Origin: Lachnospira sp. UBA4285 | Lineage (GTDB): Bacteria > Bacillota > Clostridia > Lachnospirales > Lachnospiraceae | DNA: 61,112 bases | Direction of reading: 5' to 3' | Assembly: GCA_002394965.1 (NCBI GenBank) | Contig: DGVL01000088.1 | Coordinates: 1 to 61,112 of the forward strand | Part shown: positions 51,248 to 61,112 of the stretch, piece by piece | Layout of the letters: each line of letters starts with the position of its first letter | How positions within the stretch are numbered: position 1 is the first letter of the stretch | Position numbers and translations under genes: made by a program | Notes under the pieces: model-generated | Database searches by the model: none | What the model was told of the DNA's origin: nothing | What the model saw: the letters and a program-made list of their open reading frames with translations, nothing else

Positions 51248-52444
51248 ATGGCGGAAAAAAAGATGACCCGGAGCCGCAGGCGGGCACAGAAAATCAAATA
51301 TCCGAAATCCTTTGATTACACTCTGCTTTTCCTGCTGGTCTTCATCATCGGATTTGGCCTGGTCATGATCTGCTCGACGAGTTCGTACTCTGCCATGATC
51401 AAATATGGCGATGCGCTCTATTACTTCAAACGCCAGCTCGCCTTCACGTTCATCGGCACCGGGGCGATGATGCTGTTCTATTTTCTGGGATATTACTGGG
51501 TCAACCGGCTCGGGAGGCTCGTATATGGCATCGGCGTCCTTATGATGCTGCTGCTTCCGTTCCTGGGCACCGAATCACACGGCGCGAAGCGCTGGATTTA
51601 TATCGGATCTGTCAGCATTCAGCCGGCGGAAATCCTGAAATTCGGTGTCATCTGCTACGGCGCGTGGAAGATCGCCAGTGCCGGCGGAGTCCTGAAAGGC
51701 AGAAAAAATATCTTCAAATTCATGATGAGTGACGCAGCAGTGCCTGCCCTGATTGTATATATGCTCTCGAAGAACCTGAGCTCCGGTATCATCGTGTTCT
51801 TGATCGGTATGTTCCTCTGCTTTCTGGCGACTCCGCAGATTAAGAAATGGGTCCTCGCGATCGTGTCGCTTGTCGGTGCGTCGGGCCTGCTAGTATTTGG
51901 CATTGCGCATCTGCCGACAGGTAATGGCGGAAGCTTCCGGGTGCAGCGCATAATCACCTGGCTGCACCCGGAGTCGGATCTGACCGGAACCGGCTATCAG
52001 ACCATTCAGGCGTTGTATGCGATCGGATCGGGTGGCTTTTTCGGGAAAGGCCTCGGAAAATCGCTGCAGAAACTCGGCTATGTCCCGGAATCGCAGAACG
52101 ACATGATTTTCTCCATCATCTGTGAGGAACTTGGAATTTTCGGCGCCGTCTGCGTAATTGTTGTATTTGCCGCGCTTTTGTACCATATCTGGGATGTCGC
52201 ATACAATGCCAAGGATTCCCTCGGGTTCTACCTGTGTATGGGCGTCTTCGCACAGGTCGCCATACAGGTGATCCTGAATATTGCCGTTGTGACCAATCTG
52301 ATCCCCAACACGGGCGTATCGCTGCCGTTCATCAGTTACGGCGGAAGCTCGGCGGCGCTTCTCATGGCAGAATTCGGACTGGTGCTGGCTGTCTCGAGAA
52401 AGACATACGAGGCGGCGGCGAAGGAAGAAGGGCAGCGGCCATGA
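51248..52444 (+). CDS. ftsW: SEDS-family peptidoglycan glycosyltransferase FtsW/SpoVE
   Basis: 398 aa, 10-TM type. 'GAKRWIYIGSVSIQPAEILKF', 'GTGYQTIQALYAIGSGGFFGKGLG', 'PESQNDMIFSIICEELG', 'SLPFISYGGSS'. Confidence 0.92.
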   Translation: MAEKKMTRSRRRAQKIKYPKSFDYTLLFLLVFIIGFGLVMICSTSSYSAMIKYGDALYYFKRQLAFTFIGTGAMMLFYFLGYYWVNRLGRLVYGIGVLMMLLLPFLGTESHGAKRWIYIGSVSIQPAEILKFGVICYGAWKIASAGGVLKGRKNIFKFMMSDAAVPALIVYMLSKNLSSGIIVFLIGMFLCFLATPQIKKWVLAIVSLVGASGLLVFGIAHLPTGNGGSFRVQRIITWLHPESDLTGTGYQTIQALYAIGSGGFFGKGLGKSLQKLGYVPESQNDMIFSIICEELGIFGAVCVIVVFAALLYHIWDVAYNAKDSLGFYLCMGVFAQVAIQVILNIAVVTNLIPNTGVSLPFISYGGSSAALLMAEFGLVLAVSRKTYEAAAKEEGQRP

Positions 52445-53211
52445 AGAAGAAAGTGGTGATTCCCGTCATACTGGCTGCGCTGGTCGCATCCGCCGCCGTC
52501 TTTACGTACTGTATGCGGATCGACAAGGTCGTATATACCGGCAACACGCAGTATGACGAGAGCTGGCTCACCCGGACGATATTCGGTGGGCTTGCGCCGA
52601 ACCGTCTGACGTACTATCTGTTTCACCGCACGCATGCTTCGATCCCGGAGGTGGAAAAGTATGACGTGCAGTTCACCGGGAACGAGGCGGAAGTGACGGT
52701 GAGCGAAAAGACGAAGATTGGCTATATACGGTACATGGGCGCGAACCTGTACTTTGACCGCTACGGCACGATCGTCGAGAGCACCGATGCGGTCTATGAA
52801 AACATTCCGGAGATCACAGGGCTGTCGTTTGATTCCCTGATTGTAGGCCAGCTGATTGACACGCAGCAGGAACTGACACTGAATTCTGTGCTCACGTTCT
52901 CGCAGAGCCTCTCCGAGTACAACCTGCCGGTTTCACGGGCGGACTTCACGGACACCGGCGACATAGTCCTGACGATGAAGAATGTCTCGGTGCAGCTCGG
53001 GACGACCGAGCACCTTCCGGACAAGCTCTTTCAGCTGAATGCGCTGTATCCGAAACTGAAAGATCTTTCCGGCACGCTGTATCTGGCTTCGTATGACGGC
53101 ACACAGGAGCGGATCATCTTCCGGGACAGCACCAGGACGGCCACAGAGACGGCAGATGAGGGGCCACAGGCAAATGATTCCATATTGGAAACAGATGCGT
53201 CTGACGGATAA
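52441..53211 (+). CDS. ftsQ: Cell division protein FtsQ/DivIB (POTRA domain)
   Basis: The ORF track starts at 52234. The ATG at 52441 forms an ATGA overlap with the ftsW stop. 'MKKKVVIPVILAALVASAAVF' TM anchor, then a POTRA-like 'IDKVVYTGNTQYDESWL'. Confidence 0.8.
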   Translation: MKKKVVIPVILAALVASAAVFTYCMRIDKVVYTGNTQYDESWLTRTIFGGLAPNRLTYYLFHRTHASIPEVEKYDVQFTGNEAEVTVSEKTKIGYIRYMGANLYFDRYGTIVESTDAVYENIPEITGLSFDSLIVGQLIDTQQELTLNSVLTFSQSLSEYNLPVSRADFTDTGDIVLTMKNVSVQLGTTEHLPDKLFQLNALYPKLKDLSGTLYLASYDGTQERIIFRDSTRTATETADEGPQANDSILETDASDG

Positions 53212-53396
53212 ACCCTTGAGAAAACCGCAAAGAAAGCGGAAGCCTGGATACGGGTGACTGGCGTATGCTGGATGAATAAAAATGGAATCTTGAATTGATT
53301 CCAATTTGTCATATTTTCAGGGTTGCTTTTTAATTATCTGAATAATATTATAAGAAAGAGTTTCGAGCTCTTGAGGATGGCAAGGAGGGCATTAAA

Positions 53397-54581
53397 TTGG
53401 TTGAATTAAAATCGAATGATACGGAGACTTCCGCAAGAATTATTGTCGTCGGTGTGGGCGGCGGCGGCAACAATGCCGTGAACCGCATGGTAGATGAGAA
53501 CGTCACTGGCGTTGAATTTATTGGCGTGAACACGGATGCACAGGCACTTCAGATGTGCAAGGCACCGACAGCGATCCAGATCGGCGAAAAGCTTACGAAG
53601 GGGCTGGGCGCCGGCGCGCAGCCGGAGGTCGGCGAGAAGGCGGCCGAGGAGAACACGGACGATCTGACGAACGCCCTGAAGGGCGCGGACATGGTTTTCG
53701 TCACATGTGGCATGGGCGGCGGCACCGGAACCGGCGCGGCTCCTGTCATCGCCAAACTCGCGAAGGACATGGGCATCCTCACGGTCGGTGTTGTGACGAA
53801 GCCGTTCAAGTTCGAGGCGAGAAAGAGAATGTCCAATGCCATTGCCGGCATTGAGAAGCTCAAGTCCTGTGTCGACACGCTGATCGTCATCCCGAACGAC
53901 AAGCTGCTTGAAATCGTAGACCGCCGCACGTCCATGCCGGACGCGCTGAAGAAGGCGGATGAAGTTCTTCAGCAGGCCGTACAGGGCATCACCGATCTGA
54001 TCAATGTTCCGGGACTGATCAACCTCGACTTCGCGGATATCAAGACGGTCATGGTCGACAAGGGCATTGCGCACATCGGCATAGGCGAGGCCTCCGGCGA
54101 CGACAAGGCGCTTGAAGCCGTCAAGCAGGCTGTCACCAGCCCGCTTCTCGAGACGACCATCGAGAACGCCAGCAACGTCATCATCAACATCTCCGGTGAC
54201 ATCAGCCTGCTCGAGGCGAATGACGCAGCCACCTATGTACAGGAGCTTGCCGGCGATGACGCGAACATCATCTTCGGTGCCATGTATGACGAGAACGCGC
54301 AGGATACCTGCAAGATCACCGTCATCGCTACGGGGCTTGAGGATGAGAACATCAACCAGCAGATGAATGTGTTCAATGTCAAGAACAGCCTGAACAGGGG
54401 CACGGCACAGTCATCCAGACCGGTTCAGCCGACCTTTACGGCACCGGCTTCCCAGGCTCCCAAGACCGTTGTGACCCCGACTCCGTCGGAGCGCATCCAG
54501 TCCTTTGACACGACGCCAACCCCGGGGAGTGGCAACGCTTCCAAGGGCATCAACATTCCGACGTTCCTTCGCAGAAAGTAA
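53397..54581 (+). CDS. ftsZ: Cell division GTPase FtsZ
   Basis: 394 aa. TTG start 8 nt after AAGGAGG. '[15 protein letters not shown]', '[15 protein letters not shown]', 'NLDFADI'. C-terminal conserved peptide '[10 protein letters not shown]'. Confidence 0.97.
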   Translation: MVELKSNDTETSARIIVVGVGGGGNNAVNRMVDENVTGVEFIGVNTDAQALQMCKAPTAIQIGEKLTKGLGAGAQPEVGEKAAEENTDDLTNALKGADMVFVTCGMGGGTGTGAAPVIAKLAKDMGILTVGVVTKPFKFEARKRMSNAIAGIEKLKSCVDTLIVIPNDKLLEIVDRRTSMPDALKKADEVLQQAVQGITDLINVPGLINLDFADIKTVMVDKGIAHIGIGEASGDDKALEAVKQAVTSPLLETTIENASNVIINISGDISLLEANDAATYVQELAGDDANIIFGAMYDENAQDTCKITVIATGLEDENINQQMNVFNVKNSLNRGTAQSSRPVQPTFTAPASQAPKTVVTPTPSERIQSFDTTPTPGSGNASKGINIPTFLRRK

Positions 54582-54627
54582 GGAAGAGACGGGGAAAGCC
54601 CGACGCCATCATCTGAACATAAGCAGA

Positions 54628-54670
54628 AGAGACTCTCATAATCCCCCGGGGTGTGAGAGCCTCTTTTTTT
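54628..54670 (+). terminator. Rho-independent terminator after ftsZ
   Basis: Stem AGACTCTCA / TGAGAGCCT (one mismatch), ~15-nt loop, then CTTTTTTT. Confidence 0.65.
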
Positions 54671-54686
54671 CAGGAGAGGATATTGA

Positions 54687-55421
54687 ATGGATACACGTAA
54701 ACGGAGGAGAAAGAGCAGCAATGTGCGCTTTGCCCTGGTCTGGACGGCAGTGCTTGTCACAAGTCTTATCGGGATTGATATCGCCCATTTCGGTTCGGTT
54801 CCAGCCTGGGCAAAGGGTGTCCGCAGATACTTTCTGAAAGGACCGGCGATCTGCATCGATGCGGGGCACGGCGGGGAGGATGCCGGCGCTTCATCGGGCG
54901 GTCAGATCGAAAAGGAACAGACCCTCAGGATAGCCCAGCTTGTGGAGGATGACCTGGAAAGCGACGGAATACGGGTCATCATGACAAGAGACGACGACAG
55001 CACGACGTCTCTTGAATCCAGGGTGCAGACGGCCAATGATGCCGGCGCTCTCGGATTTGTCTCCATCCACAGAAATATGTATAATGGCACGAAGACGGAT
55101 GTGAAAGGCGTTGAGATCTGGACCAGCCACGACGCCGGAGAGGCCGAGACCGATCTGGCAAGACTGGTGCTGGAGCATCTGACAGAAACCGGATACATCA
55201 CAAGCCGAGGCATCAAGGGCGGCTCGATGGACGACCCGGAGACGGACTACTATGTTATCCGCAACACGCAGATGCCGTCCATCCTGATTGAGTTGGGGTT
55301 TCTCTCCAGTGAGGATGACCGGGCCATGGTGGAAGAGTACGCAGATGTCACCGCGCGCGCCATCGCAGACGGCATCGAAGACTGGATGAACGAACAGACA
55401 GAAACGGAGAGCAGCAGGTGA
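54687..55421 (+). CDS. N-acetylmuramoyl-L-alanine amidase (Amidase_3, CwlD-like size), membrane anchored
   Basis: 244 aa. N-terminal TM anchor. '[14 protein letters not shown]', 'FVSIHRN', '[11 protein letters not shown]'. Confidence 0.85.
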   Translation: MDTRKRRRKSSNVRFALVWTAVLVTSLIGIDIAHFGSVPAWAKGVRRYFLKGPAICIDAGHGGEDAGASSGGQIEKEQTLRIAQLVEDDLESDGIRVIMTRDDDSTTSLESRVQTANDAGALGFVSIHRNMYNGTKTDVKGVEIWTSHDAGEAETDLARLVLEHLTETGYITSRGIKGGSMDDPETDYYVIRNTQMPSILIELGFLSSEDDRAMVEEYADVTARAIADGIEDWMNEQTETESSR

Positions 55422-57244
55422 GTGATTTAAGCGAAGATATCCGCCAGGATCATATAAGGAATTTCTGCATTATTGCCCACATCGACCACGGCAAGTCGAC
55501 GCTTGCCGACCGGATCATCGAGAAGACGGGCCTGCTCACCAAACGTGAGATGCAGGATCAGGTTCTGGACAACATGGACCTGGAGCGGGAGAGAGGCATT
55601 ACGATCAAGGCCCAGACGGTCCGCATCATCTATAACGCGAAGGACGGTGACGAATACATCCTGAATCTGATCGACACCCCCGGACATGTGGACTTCAACT
55701 ACGAGGTGAGCCGGGCACTTGCGGCCTGTGACGGCGCGGTGCTGATCGTGGACGCCTCGCAGGGCATCGAGGCCCAGACGCTCGGGAACTACTATCTGGC
55801 GATGGAACACGATCTCGAGGTGGTCCCGGTCATCAACAAGATTGACCTGCCCAGCGCCGAGCCGGAGCGGGTGAAACAGGAGATCGAGGATGTCATCGGT
55901 CTTGACTGCACGGATGTCCCGCTGATCTCGGCGAAAAACGGAATCAACATCGACCAGGTTCTGGAGCAGATTGTGCACCGGATTCCGGCGCCATCAGGCG
56001 ACCGGAACAAGCCGCTGCAGTGTCTGATCTTCGATTCCCTGTATGATTCCTATAAGGGTGTCATCGTATTTGTCAGGGTGTTTGAGGGCACTGTGAAGAA
56101 AGGGACGAGGATCCGCTTCATGGCGACGGAGGCTGAGGAAGAGGTCGTCGAAGTCGGGTACTTCGGGCCGGGGCAGTTCATCCCGTGCGAGGAGCTCCGG
56201 GCCGGTATGGTGGGTTACATCACCGCCAGCATCAAGAACGTCCGGGACACGCGCGTGGGAGACACCGTCACAGACGCGCAGAGACCGTGCGACAAGCCGC
56301 TTCCGGGTTACCGCAAGGTGACGCCGATGGTCTACTGCGGCCTGTACCCGGCGGACGGCGCAAAGTATCCGGATCTGCGGGACGCTCTGGAGAAGCTGCA
56401 GCTCAACGATGCGTCGCTGCAGTATGAGCCGGAGACGAGCGCGGCTCTGGGGTTCGGATTCCGGTGCGGATTTCTTGGTCTTCTGCATCTGGACGTGATC
56501 CAGGAGCGGCTCGAGAGGGAGTACGGGCTTGATCTGGTCACGACGGCACCGGGTGTTATCTACAAGGTCATCAAAACCGACGGCAGCGTGATGATGCTCA
56601 CCAATCCGTCCAATATGCCGGATCCGTCAGAGATCACGGAGATGCAGGAACCGATCGTGTCGGCGGAGATCATGGTGACCAAGGATTATGTCGGCCAGAT
56701 CATGAAGCTGTGCCAGGAGCGGCGCGGCGTGTACAACGGCATGGAGTACATCGAGGCAAACCGCGCACTTCTCAAGTATGATCTGCCGCTCAACGAGATC
56801 ATCTATGACTTCTTTGATGCGCTGAAGTCCCGCTCGCGCGGATATGCGTCCTTTGATTATGAATTCAAGGACTATGAGCCCAGCAAACTCGTGAAGCTGG
56901 ATATTCTGGTGAACAAGGAGCAAGTGGATGCTCTGTCCTTCATCGTCTGGGCCGGGAGCGCAGAGGAGCGGGGGCGGAAGATGTGCCAGAAGCTGAAGGA
57001 AGAGATCCCGAGGCAGCTCTTTGAGATCCCGATTCAGGCTGCGATCGGGAGCCGTATCATCGCCCGCGAGACCGTCAAGGCCCTTCGCAAGGACGTTCTG
57101 GCTAAATGTTACGGCGGCGACATCTCCAGAAAGAAGAAGCTGCTGGAGAAACAGAAGGAAGGCAAAAAGCGGATGCGGCAGATCGGGAATGTCGAGATTC
57201 CGCAGAAAGCTTTCATGAGTGTGCTGAAACTTGATGACGAGTAA
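55418..57244 (+). CDS. lepA: Elongation factor 4 (LepA)
   Basis: 608 aa. GTG start in a GTGA overlap with the amidase stop. '[20 protein letters not shown]', '[10 protein letters not shown]', 'NKIDL'. LepA-specific C-terminus '[24 protein letters not shown]'. Confidence 0.97.
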   Translation: MSDLSEDIRQDHIRNFCIIAHIDHGKSTLADRIIEKTGLLTKREMQDQVLDNMDLERERGITIKAQTVRIIYNAKDGDEYILNLIDTPGHVDFNYEVSRALAACDGAVLIVDASQGIEAQTLGNYYLAMEHDLEVVPVINKIDLPSAEPERVKQEIEDVIGLDCTDVPLISAKNGINIDQVLEQIVHRIPAPSGDRNKPLQCLIFDSLYDSYKGVIVFVRVFEGTVKKGTRIRFMATEAEEEVVEVGYFGPGQFIPCEELRAGMVGYITASIKNVRDTRVGDTVTDAQRPCDKPLPGYRKVTPMVYCGLYPADGAKYPDLRDALEKLQLNDASLQYEPETSAALGFGFRCGFLGLLHLDVIQERLEREYGLDLVTTAPGVIYKVIKTDGSVMMLTNPSNMPDPSEITEMQEPIVSAEIMVTKDYVGQIMKLCQERRGVYNGMEYIEANRALLKYDLPLNEIIYDFFDALKSRSRGYASFDYEFKDYEPSKLVKLDILVNKEQVDALSFIVWAGSAEERGRKMCQKLKEEIPRQLFEIPIQAAIGSRIIARETVKALRKDVLAKCYGGDISRKKKLLEKQKEGKKRMRQIGNVEIPQKAFMSVLKLDDE

Positions 57245-58376
57245 AGAACAGAGAGGAATCTATATCCACATCCCTTTCTGCGCCAGAAAATGTGTGTACT
57301 GTGACTTCCTCTCCGCGCCGCGGCCGGATACGGTGGTGAGGGCTTATTTTGACGCGCTGATCCGGGAGATCCGCATGACATCGCGCGAGGAGACGGAGTA
57401 CGGCCCCGTATCCACGGTGTTCTTCGGGGGAGGGACTCCGGGACTTGTGCCCGCCGCCTTCATCGCCCGTGTTCTCTCTGCACTCAGAGAGAACTTTGAC
57501 ATCCGCCAGGACGCGGAGATCACGCTTGAAACCAACCCGGGGCTGATGGATGAGCAGAAGCTCTCTGCCTGGCGTGCGGCAGGGGTGAACCGGCTGAGCA
57601 TGGGCGCTCAGTCTTTTGACGACAGAGAGCTCAGACTGCTTGGGAGGATCCATACGGCGGCGCAGGTTCGTGAGGGCTTTGCCCTCGCGAGGAAGGCCGG
57701 TTTTGACAATATCAACATCGATCTGATGGAGGCACTTCCGGGGCAGGACATCCGCAGTCTGCAGAAAAATCTTGAGGCGCTGACAGCACTCTCTCCGGAA
57801 CACGTGAGCGTGTACTCGCTCATTCTGGAGGACGGGACGTATCTGGCAGAGCATCTGCCCGAATTTCCGCCGCTTCCCGGTGAGGATGCGGAGCGGGCTA
57901 TGTACTGGCATTCTGTCCGGTTTCTTGAAAAACGCGGCTACCGGCAGTATGAGATCTCCAACTTCGCGAAGCCGGGGAGGGCCTGCCTGCACAACGTCTC
58001 ATACTGGGAGCGCCGTGAGTATCTGGGACTGGGGCTTGGCGCGTCGTCTCTCCGCCGTGAGACGCGCATCACCAACACGCAGGATCTGTCGGAATATCTG
58101 AGATTTACAGAGCTGACTGATATAAGGAAAGACGTGACACATCTGACGCGCCAGGATGCGCAGGCGGAGTTTTTTTATCTCGGGCTGCGCAAAAAAGAAG
58201 GCGTGTCACTTGACGAATTCCGGGACGCTTTCGGTGCCGATCCGCTTGCAATCTACGGTCCGGTTCTCGTGAAGCATCGAAAAGACGGAACGCTGGGAGA
58301 GGACGGCGGGCGGATTTTTCTCACGAGGCGCGGCCTGGATGTAAGCAATTACATCCTCTGCGACTTTCTGCCTTAA
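57234..58376 (+). CDS. hemW: Radical SAM heme chaperone HemW (HemN-like)
   Basis: The ATG at 57234 (TTG at 57231 in the track) overlaps the lepA 3' end by 11 nt. '[17 protein letters not shown]' (CxxxCxxC), 'GGGTP'. The lepA-hemW linkage is conserved in Firmicutes. Confidence 0.9.
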   Translation: MTSKEQRGIYIHIPFCARKCVYCDFLSAPRPDTVVRAYFDALIREIRMTSREETEYGPVSTVFFGGGTPGLVPAAFIARVLSALRENFDIRQDAEITLETNPGLMDEQKLSAWRAAGVNRLSMGAQSFDDRELRLLGRIHTAAQVREGFALARKAGFDNINIDLMEALPGQDIRSLQKNLEALTALSPEHVSVYSLILEDGTYLAEHLPEFPPLPGEDAERAMYWHSVRFLEKRGYRQYEISNFAKPGRACLHNVSYWERREYLGLGLGASSLRRETRITNTQDLSEYLRFTELTDIRKDVTHLTRQDAQAEFFYLGLRKKEGVSLDEFRDAFGADPLAIYGPVLVKHRKDGTLGEDGGRIFLTRRGLDVSNYILCDFLP

Positions 58377-58422
58377 AGGGCTGGCTTTTTTCCGGTACAT
58401 ATGGCAAATTATTTGAATGCCA

Positions 58423-58451
58423 CTGTACTTCGTGTTAGAATGACAATAGAT
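58423..58451 (+). promoter_or_regulatory. Candidate extended -10 promoter of the flavodiiron gene
   Basis: TTGAAT (58423-58428), 17-nt spacer ending in TGT, TAGAAT (58446-58451). Confidence 0.45.
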
Positions 58452-58510
58452 TTTGCGTATGAACGTGTACCCCTGCGCTCAGAAAGCGCAAAAAAGAATC
58501 AGGAGCTGTT

Positions 58511-59689
58511 ATGGTTGAAAAGTTAGCTGGGAGCAGCGATGTATATTTTCTCGGAGCGGATGACACGACGCTTGATCTTTTCGAGAGTCAGTACCGCATT
58601 CCCGATGGCATGTCCTACAACTCGTACCTGATCCGCGATGAGAAGATCGCCGTGATGGATACGGTTGACCACCGCGCCACAGACATATGGATGGATCATC
58701 TGGAGGAGGCTCTGGACGGCAGAGCGCCGGACTATCTGGTGGTTCATCACATGGAGCCGGATCATTCCGGCAGTATCGGCGCCTTCATGGAGAAGTATCC
58801 GGAGACGAAGATCGTTGTCAATCCGAAGAGCAAGGTCATGCTCAACCAGTTCCTGGGTGACACATATGCGGACCGCCAGATCGTGGTGAATGAGGGCGGC
58901 ACGCTGAAACTTGGCGAACACGAGCTCACATTTGTCATGGCGCCGATGGTGCACTGGCCTGAGGTCATGGTCTCCTTTGATACAAAGGATGGGATTCTGT
59001 TCTCAGCGGACGCATTTGGAAAGTTCGGCGCTATCCGTGACAGGCGGTATGCTGACAAGGCGGACTGGACAGACGAGGCACGCCGGTATTTCCTGAATAT
59101 TGTCGGGAAGTACGGCATGATGGTGCAGAAGCTTCTGGCGAAGGCTGCGACGCTTGACATCCGGACGATCTGTCCGCTGCACGGCCCTGTGATCCAAGAC
59201 GATCTGGCTTTCTATCTCGGAAAGTATGATGTCTGGAGTTCATACAGACCCGAAGAAGAGGGCGTCTTTATTCCGTACGCCTCGGTTCACGGCAATACCA
59301 GAGCGGCGGCCTTGAAGCTGGCTGAACTTGTCAGCGCGCGCGGTGTGAAAGCCGTGCCGTTTGATCTGACCCGCGGCGACGCGGCGGAGGCGCTGGCGGA
59401 CTGCTACCGCTATGACAAGATTGTATTCGCGTCGGTGACGTATGACGGCGGGATCTTCCCGGCTATGCAGTCACTTCTCTACAAGCTGACGTTAAAGAAT
59501 TTCCAGAGCCGGAAAGTCGCGTTCCTGGAGAACGGTTCCTGGGCACCGCAGGCAGCCTGCCTGATGGAGAAGATGCTCTGCGGTATGAAGAACGTCACAT
59601 GCTGTTCTCACAAGGTGACGATCCGCTCCGCCATGAAAGAGGCAGATGTGGCGGCCATGAACGCCATGCTTGACGAGCTTCTGGCCTGA
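58511..59689 (+). CDS. FprA-family A-type flavoprotein (flavodiiron protein: MBL-like diiron domain plus flavodoxin domain)
   Basis: 392 aa. Diiron motif 'VVHHMEPDHSG'. C-terminal flavodoxin-like 'VFIPYASVHGNTRAAALKLAE'. Confidence 0.88.
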   Translation: MVEKLAGSSDVYFLGADDTTLDLFESQYRIPDGMSYNSYLIRDEKIAVMDTVDHRATDIWMDHLEEALDGRAPDYLVVHHMEPDHSGSIGAFMEKYPETKIVVNPKSKVMLNQFLGDTYADRQIVVNEGGTLKLGEHELTFVMAPMVHWPEVMVSFDTKDGILFSADAFGKFGAIRDRRYADKADWTDEARRYFLNIVGKYGMMVQKLLAKAATLDIRTICPLHGPVIQDDLAFYLGKYDVWSSYRPEEEGVFIPYASVHGNTRAAALKLAELVSARGVKAVPFDLTRGDAAEALADCYRYDKIVFASVTYDGGIFPAMQSLLYKLTLKNFQSRKVAFLENGSWAPQAACLMEKMLCGMKNVTCCSHKVTIRSAMKEADVAAMNAMLDELLA

Positions 59690-59787
59690 GAGGGCATGAA
59701 AGAAGGTGCCGCAAAGAGGCACCGGATGAACTGGTGTGTTTCCGGACAGCCTTCCACTTCCGAAAGGGTCCGGCACAATATATTTAA

Positions 59788-61112
<1,325 letters not shown>

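Overview
This is a chromosomal window from an anaerobic Firmicute, Clostridia or Lachnospiraceae-like, judged from the FtsZ, LepA, PFOR and FprA sequences and from AGGAGG-type ribosome-binding sites. Background GC is about 55-57% by spot counts. All calls rest on reading the ORF translations and the DNA by eye; no searches were run.

The left two thirds (about 0.1-41.6 kb) is an accessory carbohydrate and polyol locus. It contains:
- a GGDEF/EAL signalling protein plus an SGNH hydrolase
- a DeoR-controlled pentitol-type module (Zn-dependent alcohol dehydrogenase, Rpe-like 3-epimerase, AraB-like ribulokinase)
- three CUT1-type sugar ABC importer cassettes that share a single ATPase gene
- five cytoplasmic phosphoesterases: a full-length NPP/alkaline-phosphatase-family phosphodiesterase, a truncated paralog of it, a histidine phosphatase, a GDPD and a HAD
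- two paralogous xylose-isomerase-like TIM barrels
- four paralogous FAD-type flavoproteins, three of them carrying a C-terminal galactose-binding-like domain
- a permease, solo hydantoinase-like ATPase and HExxH protein operon
- an LRR-MBL chimera

I recognise no glycoside hydrolase, polysaccharide lyase or PTS component in this region.

The main candidate for a new system is the repeated pairing of flavoprotein with TIM barrel or dehydrogenase, together with phosphodiesterases next to the importers. This may be an oxidise-then-eliminate route for phosphodiester-linked glycosyl or polyol compounds such as teichoic-acid-like fragments. That reading is hypothesis only.

A roughly 7 kb low-GC island (AraC, flavoprotein, frameshifted solute-binding protein, two permeases, GDPD) appears to have truncated the second NPP gene.

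The right third (41.7-61.1 kb) is core genome: ychF, a PfoR-like membrane protein, a large multi-TM protein, a compact dcw cluster (mraZ-rsmH-ftsL-PBP-murD-ftsW-ftsQ-ftsZ, without murE/murF/mraY/murG/ftsA), an amidase, lepA, hemW, an FprA-type flavodiiron protein, and the 5' part of pyruvate:ferredoxin oxidoreductase running off the window.

I saw no rRNA, tRNA, CRISPR array, transposase or integrase.
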